A stretch of 32,000 nucleotides of DNA from Candidatus Nanopusillus sp. (GTDB lineage: Archaea > Nanobdellota > Nanobdellia > Nanobdellales > Nanobdellaceae), in the NCBI GenBank assembly GCA_028275775.1, contig JAPWTZ010000005.1, forward strand, positions 1 to 32,000, in the 5' to 3' direction. Positions 23,829 to 32,000 of the stretch are shown here, piece after piece; position 1 is the first letter of the stretch, and each line of letters opens with the position of its first letter. A program made the translations under genes and the position numbers. Under the pieces are notes generated by a model. That model did no database searches. It saw only the letters and a program-made list of their open reading frames with translations, and was not told the origin of the DNA.

Positions 23829-24911
23829 TTATATTTTTGGATAGTATAAAGTTTTTATTCCATAATCTGTAAAATGTGTCCTGCATCCATTATTTATCTC
23901 TAATATTTTTTCCATTTTTGGTAAATTTCTCTTATAAAAAGAAGAAATTTTTCTTATATCATAATAATACCATAAATTTATTTTTGAATCACAATTTATT
24001 ATTCTATCAATTACTTTCTTTTCATCTTTATCTAAATTTATTAAATCAATATTATTCTTAATATTATTTATTATATTTTCATCATATAATTTTCCAATAT
24101 ATATAGGTCCCAATTTAATTAAATCATTATCACATACTTTACATTTTCCATTTTCCAATGATTTATATCCACAATTTTTACAATAGTATATTTCTTTTAT
24201 ATTTTCTATTAAATAATTTATATCTTTACTTTTAGTACTTTTCTTAACAAATATTCTATAATGATGATTATAATAATATGAAAAAATTGGAATTAATGCA
24301 ATATCATATTTTAATCCTTCAGATATTATATATTTTGCTAAATTTCTTAACCCAAATTCTAAATAAAAATCTGTTTTTATTCCTATTGTATTATATTTTC
24401 TAAAACAAGATATTGGTTTAGATCCTGATAATGATGAAATATCTGTTGCAGTAATTCCAGCAATTCCATTATTTTTTAATGCTTTTGGTAATAATTCTAC
24501 AAAACCTATTGGAGAACCAAAAGGATCTATATCAATATAATCAAATTTATATTTCAATAATATTTCTCTACAATCTTTATTTAATATAATTATTCTTTCA
24601 TCATTTTCTAAATTATTAATCTTTAAATTTTCTTTTATATTTTCTATTGCTTCTTTTTTTATATCATTTATGTATATTTTATTTACAACTTCAGGTATTT
24701 CTTTTAATATTCTTATAGATCTAATACCAGTAGCAGCCATACAATCTAAAATATCAAACCTTTTCTTTGCTATATTATAATAAGATTTCAATATTATTAT
24801 TGTAAAATCCCTATTTATTTTCATTAATGGGTTATAAAATACTGGTAATTTTGATGATAATTTCTTTAAAAAATCTGGATTATAATTTATTATTGCCTTT
24901 CCTTCATTCAT
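23829..24911 (-). CDS. trm1: tRNA (guanine26-N2)-dimethyltransferase Trm1
   Basis: FYNPLMKINRDFTI, DCMAATGIRSIR, IDPFGSP, and a Cys cluster CKNCGY...CKVCDN. The track start 24914 is a TTG; the adjacent ATG is at 24911. The 5' end overlaps the eL31 3' end. Confidence 0.9.
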   Translation of the reverse strand: MNEGKAIINYNPDFLKKLSSKLPVFYNPLMKINRDFTIIILKSYYNIAKKRFDILDCMAATGIRSIRILKEIPEVVNKIYINDIKKEAIENIKENLKINNLENDERIIILNKDCREILLKYKFDYIDIDPFGSPIGFVELLPKALKNNGIAGITATDISSLSGSKPISCFRKYNTIGIKTDFYLEFGLRNLAKYIISEGLKYDIALIPIFSYYYNHHYRIFVKKSTKSKDINYLIENIKEIYYCKNCGYKSLENGKCKVCDNDLIKLGPIYIGKLYDENIINNIKNNIDLINLDKDEKKVIDRIINCDSKINLWYYYDIRKISSFYKRNLPKMEKILEINNGCRTHFTDYGIKTLYYPKI

Positions 24912-25245
24912 CAATATCTACAAAAGTTTTATCTTCTTTTTTAATTATTCTTAACTTATATCTTGTTGGTGGCTTTTTAATTCCTCTAGACCAGATATAA
25001 TTATTTAATCTTACAGATAATAAAACATTTTTTGATTTATATCTTTTCATTATAATTTCTCTTATTACTTTTGCTGCCTTTTTTGCTCTTCTTTTTAATG
25101 GTGTTTTTAATATCCATTTCCTTATATTTATTTTTATATGAAATTCTTGTATATTTTCCTTCTTTTCAACATTTTCTTGAGTTTGTTGAACTTGTTGATT
25201 TTGTTGAACATTTTCTGTTTGTACTAATTGAGTTTCTTCAGGCAT
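24904..25245 (-). CDS. rpl31e: Ribosomal protein eL31 with Gln-rich N-terminal extension
   Basis: RRAKKAAKVIREIIMKRYKSKNVLLSVRLNNYIWSRGIKKPPTRYKLRI matches the eL31 core (..lN..iW.rGi...P.rirv). It is preceded by about 30 extra residues, MPEETQLVQTENVQQNQQVQQTQEN. Confidence 0.85.
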   Translation of the reverse strand: MPEETQLVQTENVQQNQQVQQTQENVEKKENIQEFHIKINIRKWILKTPLKRRAKKAAKVIREIIMKRYKSKNVLLSVRLNNYIWSRGIKKPPTRYKLRIIKKEDKTFVDIDE

Positions 25246-25268
25246 TATGATATTTGAATAACAAAATT

Positions 25269-26009
25269 TTATAAAGTTTGATTTTTATTTTTTCTACAGT
25301 TTTCTATATTTTCTTTTGCAATTCTTAATATTCCCATTAGTAAAGAATATTCTCTTTTTGTAATTAATGCTTTTCCAATTAAATTTCTTAATCCTCTATA
25401 TATTACTGGTTTTCTATAATCTTGAGAAGGTAATGCATCTACAAAATCTTTAAACATTTTATATAAATATTTTCTTTCTTGATTATTTATTAATTTAAAT
25501 ACTTTTCTTATTGGATTGTTTCTTGAAATAAATAATTCATATAATATTATTGCTGCAGCATGTGTTATATTCATTATTGGATATTCTTCACTTGCGGGTA
25601 TTGTAATTATTCCATCAAATTTATCTAATTCTTCATTACTAAAACCTCTAGATTCTCTTCCAAAAAATATACCAACTTTTCCGTCATATTTATATATAGA
25701 ATTTGCAAATTCTCTAGGAGTCAATGGATTTCTTAATACTTCATTTCCCATTTTTGAAGAAACCCCAGTTGTACCATAATTTATATCAAATAAATCAATT
25801 ACTTCATCTAAACTATTATATATTTTCATATTCTTTATTATTTCCCATCCCTTTTCCCTTGCAACAATTTTTACCTTATCTCCATAAGGATTTACTTTTG
25901 GATTTACTAATATTAAATTTTTAAAATCAAAATTTGTCATTACCCTTGCTAATGCACCTATATTATCTTCAGATTCTGGTTCTACAAATATAATATAAAA
26001 ATCGATCAT
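25269..26009 (-). CDS. trmJ: SPOUT-class tRNA 2'-O-methyltransferase, TrmJ-like
   Basis: IIFVEPESEDNIGALARVMTNFDFKNLILVNP, GIFFGRESRGFSNEELDKFDGIITIP and EYPIMNITHAAAIILYEL align along their length with E. coli TrmJ as I remember it, including the C-terminal helical extension. Confidence 0.8.
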   Translation of the reverse strand: MIDFYIIFVEPESEDNIGALARVMTNFDFKNLILVNPKVNPYGDKVKIVAREKGWEIIKNMKIYNSLDEVIDLFDINYGTTGVSSKMGNEVLRNPLTPREFANSIYKYDGKVGIFFGRESRGFSNEELDKFDGIITIPASEEYPIMNITHAAAIILYELFISRNNPIRKVFKLINNQERKYLYKMFKDFVDALPSQDYRKPVIYRGLRNLIGKALITKREYSLLMGILRIAKENIENCRKNKNQTL

Positions 26010-27340
26010 GGTTCCAACCTATTTGGATCTCTTGGTATTAATACAGCTTCTTTTACATTTTCAATATTTAATAATTGTTTTATATATCTTGCAATACCAA
26101 ATCCAAATCCACCCATTGTTGGAGCACCATATTTAAAGAATTCTAAATAATATTTAAAATTATCTGGATTTAATCCTTTTTCTTTTATTTGTTCTAATAA
26201 TATTTTATATCTATGTTCTCTTTGGGAACCTGTAGAAATTTCCAAACCTTTATATAATAGATCAAAGCTTTTTGTTGTTATTGTTCCATTTTTCATTGGT
26301 TCTCCTTTCATATGATAAAATGGTCTCGCAGTCCAGGGCCAATCAATTATAAATACAAATTCATTATCATATGTTTTTTTAACATAATCTCCCAAAATTT
26401 TTTCTCCTTCAGATGTTATATCACCATTTTCTTTTATATTATTTTTTCCAACAATTTCATATACTTCTTCCATTTTTATTTTTGGAATATTTTCAGGAAC
26501 AAATACCTCTACATTATAATATTTTTTTATTTCATCTTCAAAATTTTCTTTTATTTTTTTATTTGTATATTTTACAATTTCTTCCAAAACTTTCATTACA
26601 TCATAATGTGAACTTATATATCCAATTTCTACATCAAAAGATGTAAATTCTGTCAAATGTCTTGATGTAAAAGATGGTTCTGCCCTAAAAGCAGGTGCAA
26701 TCTCAAATACTTTTTCAAAACCAGAACATATTGCCATTTGTTTATAGAATTGTGGTGATTGAGCTAAATAAGCTTTTCTATTAAAATAGTTTAATTCAAA
26801 AACTTCTGCTCCTCCTTCAGATGCTGTACTTATTATTTTTGGAGAAAATATTTCAATAAAATTATTATTATATAAATATTCTCTAATATATTTTACTGCA
26901 TATGATGTTAACTTAATTATTAAACTTTTCTTTGGATCTCTAAGATCAATCCATCTATAATTTAATCTTTTTTCAAAATATGAATTTTCATCTATAGGTA
27001 ATCTATCTGCAGGTTCTCCAATTAAATAAATTTCTTCAGCAACAACTTCTTTATATTTTTTTGCAATTCCTTTAACATACTTTCCTCTAACTACTATAAA
27101 TGTATGTAAAGAAAATTCTTTAACAAATTCTAAATCATTAAATATATCTTTTTTTATTGTTATTTGAACATCTCCAGTTTGATCTCTTAATATAATAAAT
27201 GATATATTTCCAATATTTTTTATATTTATTATCCATCCGGCCAATACAACTTCTTTATCATATTCAATTTTTTCAAGATCCCTTATATTTATCCTATTTT
27301 TTAATAGCTCAAAACCTTTGTTATAATTATATATGTCCAT
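26006..27340 (-). CDS. aspS: Aspartyl-tRNA synthetase (archaeal type, class IIb)
   Basis: OB-fold N-domain, LAQSPQFYKQ, FRAEPSFTSRHLTEFTSFDVE (motif 2) and GGFGFGIAR (motif 3). 444 aa. Confidence 0.9.
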   Translation of the reverse strand: MDIYNYNKGFELLKNRINIRDLEKIEYDKEVVLAGWIINIKNIGNISFIILRDQTGDVQITIKKDIFNDLEFVKEFSLHTFIVVRGKYVKGIAKKYKEVVAEEIYLIGEPADRLPIDENSYFEKRLNYRWIDLRDPKKSLIIKLTSYAVKYIREYLYNNNFIEIFSPKIISTASEGGAEVFELNYFNRKAYLAQSPQFYKQMAICSGFEKVFEIAPAFRAEPSFTSRHLTEFTSFDVEIGYISSHYDVMKVLEEIVKYTNKKIKENFEDEIKKYYNVEVFVPENIPKIKMEEVYEIVGKNNIKENGDITSEGEKILGDYVKKTYDNEFVFIIDWPWTARPFYHMKGEPMKNGTITTKSFDLLYKGLEISTGSQREHRYKILLEQIKEKGLNPDNFKYYLEFFKYGAPTMGGFGFGIARYIKQLLNIENVKEAVLIPRDPNRLEP

Positions 27341-27360
27341 AGAGAATTTAGTATAAATAA

Positions 27361-28053
27361 TTACTTTAAATTTTTCATTTTTATATCAATCATTGCATGT
27401 AATTCTTTATATATTATTGTTAATTTTTCTTCATAACTTATATTTTTTCTTAGATCATATACTGATAAAAAAGGGAGATTTTTATTTTCAATATTTTTTA
27501 ATTTATCTAAAAATAAATTATATATTTCATTAAAATTATCATTAACAATTTTTTCTATTTCAATTCTTAATTTATCATATTCTTCAAATCTATTAAAGAA
27601 TTTTTTAGTATAATAATCTACTACAAATATTGGTTTTTCAAATGAATATAATATTATTGCATCACATGTTTCTTTTCCAATTCCTTTTATTTTTAATAAT
27701 TCATCTCTTATTTTATTTATTTCTAATTTAGAAAAATTATCAATATTTCCATAATTTTCTAATATATAATTAGATAAAGATTTTAATGTTTCAAGTTTTC
27801 TTAACCTAAATGGAACTTTTATATCATTAATGGATAAATTATTTATATTTTCTAATCTAAAAATAAAGTTTTTTGATTTTAAATATTCTATATTTTTTTC
27901 TACAAGATCCCATTTTGTGTTTTGAGTTAATATTGCTCCAATAATTATTTCTGCTCTCCAATCCCCATTATTTTTATTATGATAATTTAAATCTACTGGC
28001 CACCAAAATTGGAAATCCATTTCTTTAATTAAATTTATAATAGATTCATACAT
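27361..28053 (-). CDS. Endonuclease III-related HhH-GPD family protein (uncharacterised EndoIII-like group)
   Basis: FWWP...AEIIIGAILTQNTKWDLVEKNI and hairpin LLKIKGIGKETCDAIILY followed by VVDYYTKK. No Fe-S Cys cluster is visible. Confidence 0.75.
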   Translation of the reverse strand: MYESIINLIKEMDFQFWWPVDLNYHNKNNGDWRAEIIIGAILTQNTKWDLVEKNIEYLKSKNFIFRLENINNLSINDIKVPFRLRKLETLKSLSNYILENYGNIDNFSKLEINKIRDELLKIKGIGKETCDAIILYSFEKPIFVVDYYTKKFFNRFEEYDKLRIEIEKIVNDNFNEIYNLFLDKLKNIENKNLPFLSVYDLRKNISYEEKLTIIYKELHAMIDIKMKNLK

Positions 28054-28062
28054 AGATGTATA

Positions 28063-28680
28063 ATGATATTAGTAGATAAAAAAATTAAGGAATATATAAA
28101 AAGTGGGAAAATAAAAGTTGAACCATTTGATGAAAATATGATAGGTCCAGCATCGTTGGATGTAAGATTAGGATATAAGTTTAGAGTATTTAAAACATTG
28201 GAAAAAGAAGTTATAGATGTAAAAGAGTATTATGATGATATATATACAAGAATAGAGACTAAAGATTATATAATACATATAGGAAAATATTCTGATCTTT
28301 ATATATTAAAAAATGATAATGTTCCAATAATAATTCATCCAGGAGAATTTATTTTAGCATCAGTATATGAATATATAGAATTACCAGATAATATTGTTGG
28401 ACAAATACATGGTAGATCTTCAATTGGAAGACTTGGTTTAATAGTACATACCTCTGCCGGTTATATTGATCCTGGATATAAAGGATATTTAACATTAGAA
28501 ATTATTAATGTAAATAAAGTTCCAATTAAAATATATCCAAAAACAAAAATTGCTCAGATTGTTTTTATTGAAACAGAATCTTCAGAGGTACCATATGATA
28601 AAAGGAAAGGATCTAAATATTTGAATGAAGAAGGTGCTACAGGATCTTTAATATCAAAAGACTTTAATAATAATTTTTAA
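28063..28680 (+). CDS. dcd: dCTP deaminase (possibly the bifunctional dCTP deaminase/dUTPase type)
   Basis: MILVDKKIKEYIKSGKIKVEPF, GPASLDVRLG and GRSSIGRLGLIVHTSAGYIDPGYKGYLTLEIIN. Confidence 0.9.
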   Translation: MILVDKKIKEYIKSGKIKVEPFDENMIGPASLDVRLGYKFRVFKTLEKEVIDVKEYYDDIYTRIETKDYIIHIGKYSDLYILKNDNVPIIIHPGEFILASVYEYIELPDNIVGQIHGRSSIGRLGLIVHTSAGYIDPGYKGYLTLEIINVNKVPIKIYPKTKIAQIVFIETESSEVPYDKRKGSKYLNEEGATGSLISKDFNNNF

Positions 28681-28704
28681 ACATTTTTTATAAGTTATGA
28701 AAAA

Positions 28705-29070
28705 ATGGTAAAAAGAACTGGACCTACTAATATTTATCTAAGAAAATTGATAAATTTATTAAAAAAGGAAGGGAAGAAAAATAATAGCAAGTTTTGGATA
28801 TATGTAGCAGAACTTTTAAGTAGACCAACGAGAAAAAGAGTTGAAGTAAATTTATCTAAATTAAATAAATATACAAATGATGGAGATACTGTTATAGTTC
28901 CTGGAAAATTACTTGGTTATGGTATGATAAATAAAAAAATTACAGTTGCTGCATGGAAATATTCATTAAATGCAAAAGAAAAATTGGAGAAGTCTGGTAT
29001 TAAAATATTAACAATAGAAGATCTACTAAAGGCAAATCCAAAAGGTTCAAATATAAAAATAATAATATGA
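28705..29070 (+). CDS. rpl18e: Ribosomal protein eL18 (L18e)
   Basis: 121 aa. MVKRTGPTNIYLRKLI start, and position before uL13-uS9 as in the conserved archaeal cluster. Confidence 0.85.
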   Translation: MVKRTGPTNIYLRKLINLLKKEGKKNNSKFWIYVAELLSRPTRKRVEVNLSKLNKYTNDGDTVIVPGKLLGYGMINKKITVAAWKYSLNAKEKLEKSGIKILTIEDLLKANPKGSNIKIII

Positions 29071-29513
29071 TAGCAATAGGAAGAAAATATATTGATGCAA
29101 CAGATTCAATTTTAGGTAGATTAGCATCAAGAGTTGCTAAATATTTATTAGAAGGATATGAAGTATATATATTTAATGCTGAAAAAGCTGTTTTAGTTGG
29201 AAGATGGAATAATTTGATTAAATATTGGAATCATAAAGTAAATGAAAGGGGAGATTGGATAAAGGGTCCTTTTTATCCTAAAAGACCAGATAAAATATTA
29301 AGAAGAGTAATTTATGGAATGTTACCAAAAAATAAGAGGGGTAGAGATGCTTTAAAAAAGATAAAGGTTTTCTTAGGATTACCAGAAGAATTTAAGGATG
29401 TAAAATTGGAAAAGATAGAAGAATCTTTAATTCAAAATAGATTAAAGGTTGGAACAATAAAGGAATATCATTATTTGGGAGATATATCAAGGCAAATTGG
29501 TGGAAAATTTTAA
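29067..29513 (+). CDS. rpl13: Ribosomal protein uL13
   Basis: IDATDSILGRLASRVAKYLLEG..V.IFNAEKAV and MLPKNKRGRDALKKIKVF. ATGA overlap with eL18. Confidence 0.9.
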   Translation: MIAIGRKYIDATDSILGRLASRVAKYLLEGYEVYIFNAEKAVLVGRWNNLIKYWNHKVNERGDWIKGPFYPKRPDKILRRVIYGMLPKNKRGRDALKKIKVFLGLPEEFKDVKLEKIEESLIQNRLKVGTIKEYHYLGDISRQIGGKF

Positions 29514-29539
29514 AAATCTAGTATATAAATTTATATAAC

Positions 29540-29938
29540 ATGACAATAATAGTTACAGCAAAAAGAAAAACAGCAGTTGCAAGGGCATATATAAAAGAAG
29601 GTAATGGTAAAGTTACAATAAATTCTATTCCATTACAAGTATATGAACCATTCTTAGCAAGATTAAGAATAAGTGAACCGTTAATATTGGCTGGAGAAGA
29701 TTATGTTTCAAAAGTAAATATAAATGTTAAAGTAAAAGGTGGTGGATATATGGGAAAAGCTGAAGCAGCTAGGATAGCTATTGCAAAGGGTTTAGTAAAA
29801 TATTTTGATGATGATAAATTGAAATTATTATATTTGCAATATGATCCTTATATGTTAAAATCAGACCCAAGGAGAAAAGAACAGAGAAAATCTCCTACAT
29901 CAAAAGCAAGAAAACACTATACAACAGCTTATAGATAA
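29540..29938 (+). CDS. rps9: Ribosomal protein uS9
   Basis: GKRKTAVARAYIKEGNGKVTIN, GGGYMGKAEAARIAIAKGL and the C-terminal ...KARKHYTTAYR. Confidence 0.9.
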   Translation: MTIIVTAKRKTAVARAYIKEGNGKVTINSIPLQVYEPFLARLRISEPLILAGEDYVSKVNINVKVKGGGYMGKAEAARIAIAKGLVKYFDDDKLKLLYLQYDPYMLKSDPRRKEQRKSPTSKARKHYTTAYR

Positions 29939-29940
29939 AT

Positions 29941-30279
29941 TTATTCAACTTTTTCAACCTCTACTTTATTTTCAGTTTCTCCTTCTGTTCCTTCTTTTGT
30001 TTCTTTGCTACCTGTTTCTTCTTTTTCTGATGTAGATTTTACAGAATATACAGCTCTTGATATTATCCAAATCTGTCCCATTGCCTTAATTAACTGATGT
30101 GGAGCAATTATTCCTTTAATTCCTCTTTTAGATAAATCCGGATCTAATACCCTTATCTTCCATCCATATATTTTATTATCACTTATTATTGCATCTTCAA
30201 CTTCCCCTAAGAAATATCCATCTTCTGTATATACCTTTGATCTAGTGGTTTCAGATATCTTTCTAATATTCAATGCCAT
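29941..30279 (-). CDS. PRC-barrel domain protein with acidic C-terminal tail
   Basis: VYTEDGYFLGEVEDAIISDNKIYGWKIRV is a PRC-barrel-like pattern. The tail is EKEETGSKETKEGTEGETENKVEVEKVE. Confidence 0.6.
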   Translation of the reverse strand: MALNIRKISETTRSKVYTEDGYFLGEVEDAIISDNKIYGWKIRVLDPDLSKRGIKGIIAPHQLIKAMGQIWIISRAVYSVKSTSEKEETGSKETKEGTEGETENKVEVEKVE

Positions 30280-30356
30280 AAAATAAAATAAATATATTGA
30301 ATAATTTAAATTTTTTCATAATTTAGGTTTAAAAGATGAAATGATATTATGAAATT

Positions 30357-32000
30357 ATGGCACCTGAAGATAACCAAAATAATCAAAAAGAATTAAAATT
30401 AAAGGTTGCAGAAGCTATTCAAAATGATTTATATAGAGGAATTGTTAGAATTGATGCTGAAGCTATGAAAGAACTTGGAATAAGGATTGGAGATATTGTT
30501 GAAATTGAAGGAAAGAAAAAAACAGTTGCAATTGCTCAATTATTACCTCCACAGGATTATGGTCTTGGAATAATTAGGATGGATGGTATTATAAGAAAAA
30601 ATGCAAATGCTACATTGGGAGGATATGTTACTGTAAGAAAAGCTAATGTAAGGGAAGCACAAAAAGTTGTATTAGCTCCAGCAGTAAAGGGAGTTGTATA
30701 TCAATTTACTACTGGTACTATAAATTATATAAAAAAGTTATTAGATGGAAGACCAGTTGTAAAAGGAGATAATATTGTTATATTGACAGGATATAGAAGA
30801 AAATTTGATTTACTAGATGAGGAATTTGGATTTTCAATATTCTCGGATCTATTTCCTACTTTTGGATTTTCAAATGAATTTAGATTTAATGTTGTAAATG
30901 TAGTTCCAAAAGGTGCAGTAGTTATAACTGAAAATACAGATATAGAAATATTACCACATGCTGTAGAAACAAAAGGAGAAATACCAGAAGTTACTTATGA
31001 AGATATAGGTGATATGGAAGAGGTTGTTCAAAAAGTAAGAGAACTTGTAGAATTACCATTAAAATATCCTGAATTATTTGAAAAATTGGGAATTGAACCT
31101 CCAAAAGGTATATTATTATATGGTCCCCCAGGTACGGGTAAAACATTATTAGCAAAAGCAGTTGCAAATGAGAGTGGAGCATATTTTATTGCAATAAATG
31201 GTCCTGAAATTGTATCAAAATATGTTGGAGAATCTGAAAAAAGATTAAGAGATATATTTGAAGAAGCAAATAAAAATGCACCTTCAATAATATTTATAGA
31301 TGAAATTGATGCAATAGTTCCTAAGAGAGATGAATCAATTGGAGAAGTTGAAAGAAGATTGGTAGCTCAATTATTAACATTAATGGATGGATTAAAATCA
31401 AGGGGTAAGGTAATTGTAATTGCAGCAACAAATAGACCAGAAGCTATAGATCCTGCATTAAGGAGACCTGGAAGATTTGATAGAGAAATAGAAGTTCCTG
31501 TACCAAATGAGCAGGGTAGATATCAAATATTAAAAGTACATACTAGAAATGTTCCTCTAGGTAAAAAAGAAGGAGATAAATATGTATTATTATCTGAAGA
31601 AGAAAAGGATAAATTAATTAGAAAATTAGCTTCAATTACATATGGTTATGTAGGTGCAGATCTTGCTGCTTTAGTAAAGGAAGCTGCAATGAATGTTATT
31701 AGAAGAGTTTTACCTGAAATAGAGAAATATGAAAATAATATACCACAGGAAATTTTAGATCAAATGGTTGTTACTGAGGAAGATTTTATGAATGCATTGA
31801 AAGTTGTACCTCCATCCGCAATGAGAGAAGTATTAGTAGAAGTACCAAAAGTACATTGGGATGATATTGGAGGGTTAGATGAAGTAAAATTAGAATTGAA
31901 AGAAGCTGTTGAATGGCCAATAAAAAACAAGAAAATATATGAAAAAGTTGGTGTTGAACCTCCAAAAGGTATATTATTATATGGTCCCCCAGGTACGGGT
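30357..32000 (+). CDS. cdc48: Cdc48/VCP-like AAA+ ATPase (N domain, D1, start of D2); 3' end off the window
   Basis: Absent from the ORF track (no stop in the window). My translation from ATG 30357 is [52 protein letters not shown]... D1 has [17 protein letters not shown] and [11 protein letters not shown] second [14 protein letters not shown] sits at the window end. The frame is open for 548 codons. Confidence 0.95.
   Translation, partial: MAPEDNQNNQKELKLKVAEAIQNDLYRGIVRIDAEAMKELGIRIGDIVEIEGKKKTVAIAQLLPPQDYGLGIIRMDGIIRKNANATLGGYVTVRKANVREAQKVVLAPAVKGVVYQFTTGTINYIKKLLDGRPVVKGDNIVILTGYRRKFDLLDEEFGFSIFSDLFPTFGFSNEFRFNVVNVVPKGAVVITENTDIEILPHAVETKGEIPEVTYEDIGDMEEVVQKVRELVELPLKYPELFEKLGIEPPKGILLYGPPGTGKTLLAKAVANESGAYFIAINGPEIVSKYVGESEKRLRDIFEEANKNAPSIIFIDEIDAIVPKRDESIGEVERRLVAQLLTLMDGLKSRGKVIVIAATNRPEAIDPALRRPGRFDREIEVPVPNEQGRYQILKVHTRNVPLGKKEGDKYVLLSEEEKDKLIRKLASITYGYVGADLAALVKEAAMNVIRRVLPEIEKYENNIPQEILDQMVVTEEDFMNALKVVPPSAMREVLVEVPKVHWDDIGGLDEVKLELKEAVEWPIKNKKIYEKVGVEPPKGILLYGPPGTG
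31093..31139 (+). repeat. 47-nt exact intragenic repeat, copy 1 (Cdc48 D1 Walker A region); copy 2 is 31954-32000
   Basis: ttgaacctccaaaaggtatattattatatggtcccccaggtacgggt is identical at both sites by direct character comparison. Confidence 0.9.

Noticed and set aside
1-32000. CRISPR arrays, rRNA genes, transposases/IS elements, toxin-antitoxin or defence-system genes
   Set aside because: I saw no regularly spaced direct repeats, no long GC-rich structured-RNA blocks other than the two tRNAs, and no DDE/integrase/Cas-like motifs in any frame I read. The window looks like core chromosome.

Overview
Very AT-rich (roughly a quarter G+C by eye), very gene-dense archaeal chromosome segment with about 40 genes in 32 kb. 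Genes run mostly on the minus strand up to ~28.05 kb and mostly on the plus strand after that. Content is mainly housekeeping. There is a compact archaellum sub-operon (arlD/E, one arlF/G-like gene, arlH, arlI). Scattered ribosomal protein genes are present: uL3-LX-prefoldin alpha, eL31, and eL18-uL13-uS9. Also present are aIF6, two tRNAs (Pro-UGG, Arg-UCU) flanking a candidate box C/D sRNA, MetRS and AspRS. tRNA modification enzymes include Trm5/Taw2-like, Trm1 and TrmJ. Other genes encode an M1 aminopeptidase, a rhomboid protease, an MtrA-like/ThyA-like fusion protein, a processive-type GT2 glycosyltransferase, a 2-Cys peroxiredoxin, a single-chain AEP primase, a CWB2-like repeat protein and a small DHH phosphoesterase translationally coupled to full-length Hef. 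The window also holds an EndoIII-related HhH-GPD protein, dCTP deaminase, a PRC-barrel protein and the 5' two thirds of Cdc48. I found no rRNA, CRISPR array, transposase, integrase or compositionally foreign island. Several features point to a small-genome thermophilic DPANN/Nanoarchaeota-like organism, but this is inference only: GC-rich tRNA islands in AT-rich DNA, scrambled r-protein operons, a Cys-poor one-polypeptide primase, euryarchaeal-type archaellum genes and 4-nt gene overlaps. I did not find a clear-cut new multi-gene system. The most interesting signals are (i) a TTTTAA box at an identical -32 offset from the mature 5' ends of both tRNAs, nearly so for the sRNA, and also from the rps9 ATG; (ii) the sRNA with compensatory-looking C/D box variants; (iii) a 514-bp non-coding island in an otherwise saturated genome; (iv) the MtrA-like/ThyA fusion; (v) the Hef-DHH-CWB2-like-primase gene string; (vi) large insertions in MetRS and Trm5-like.
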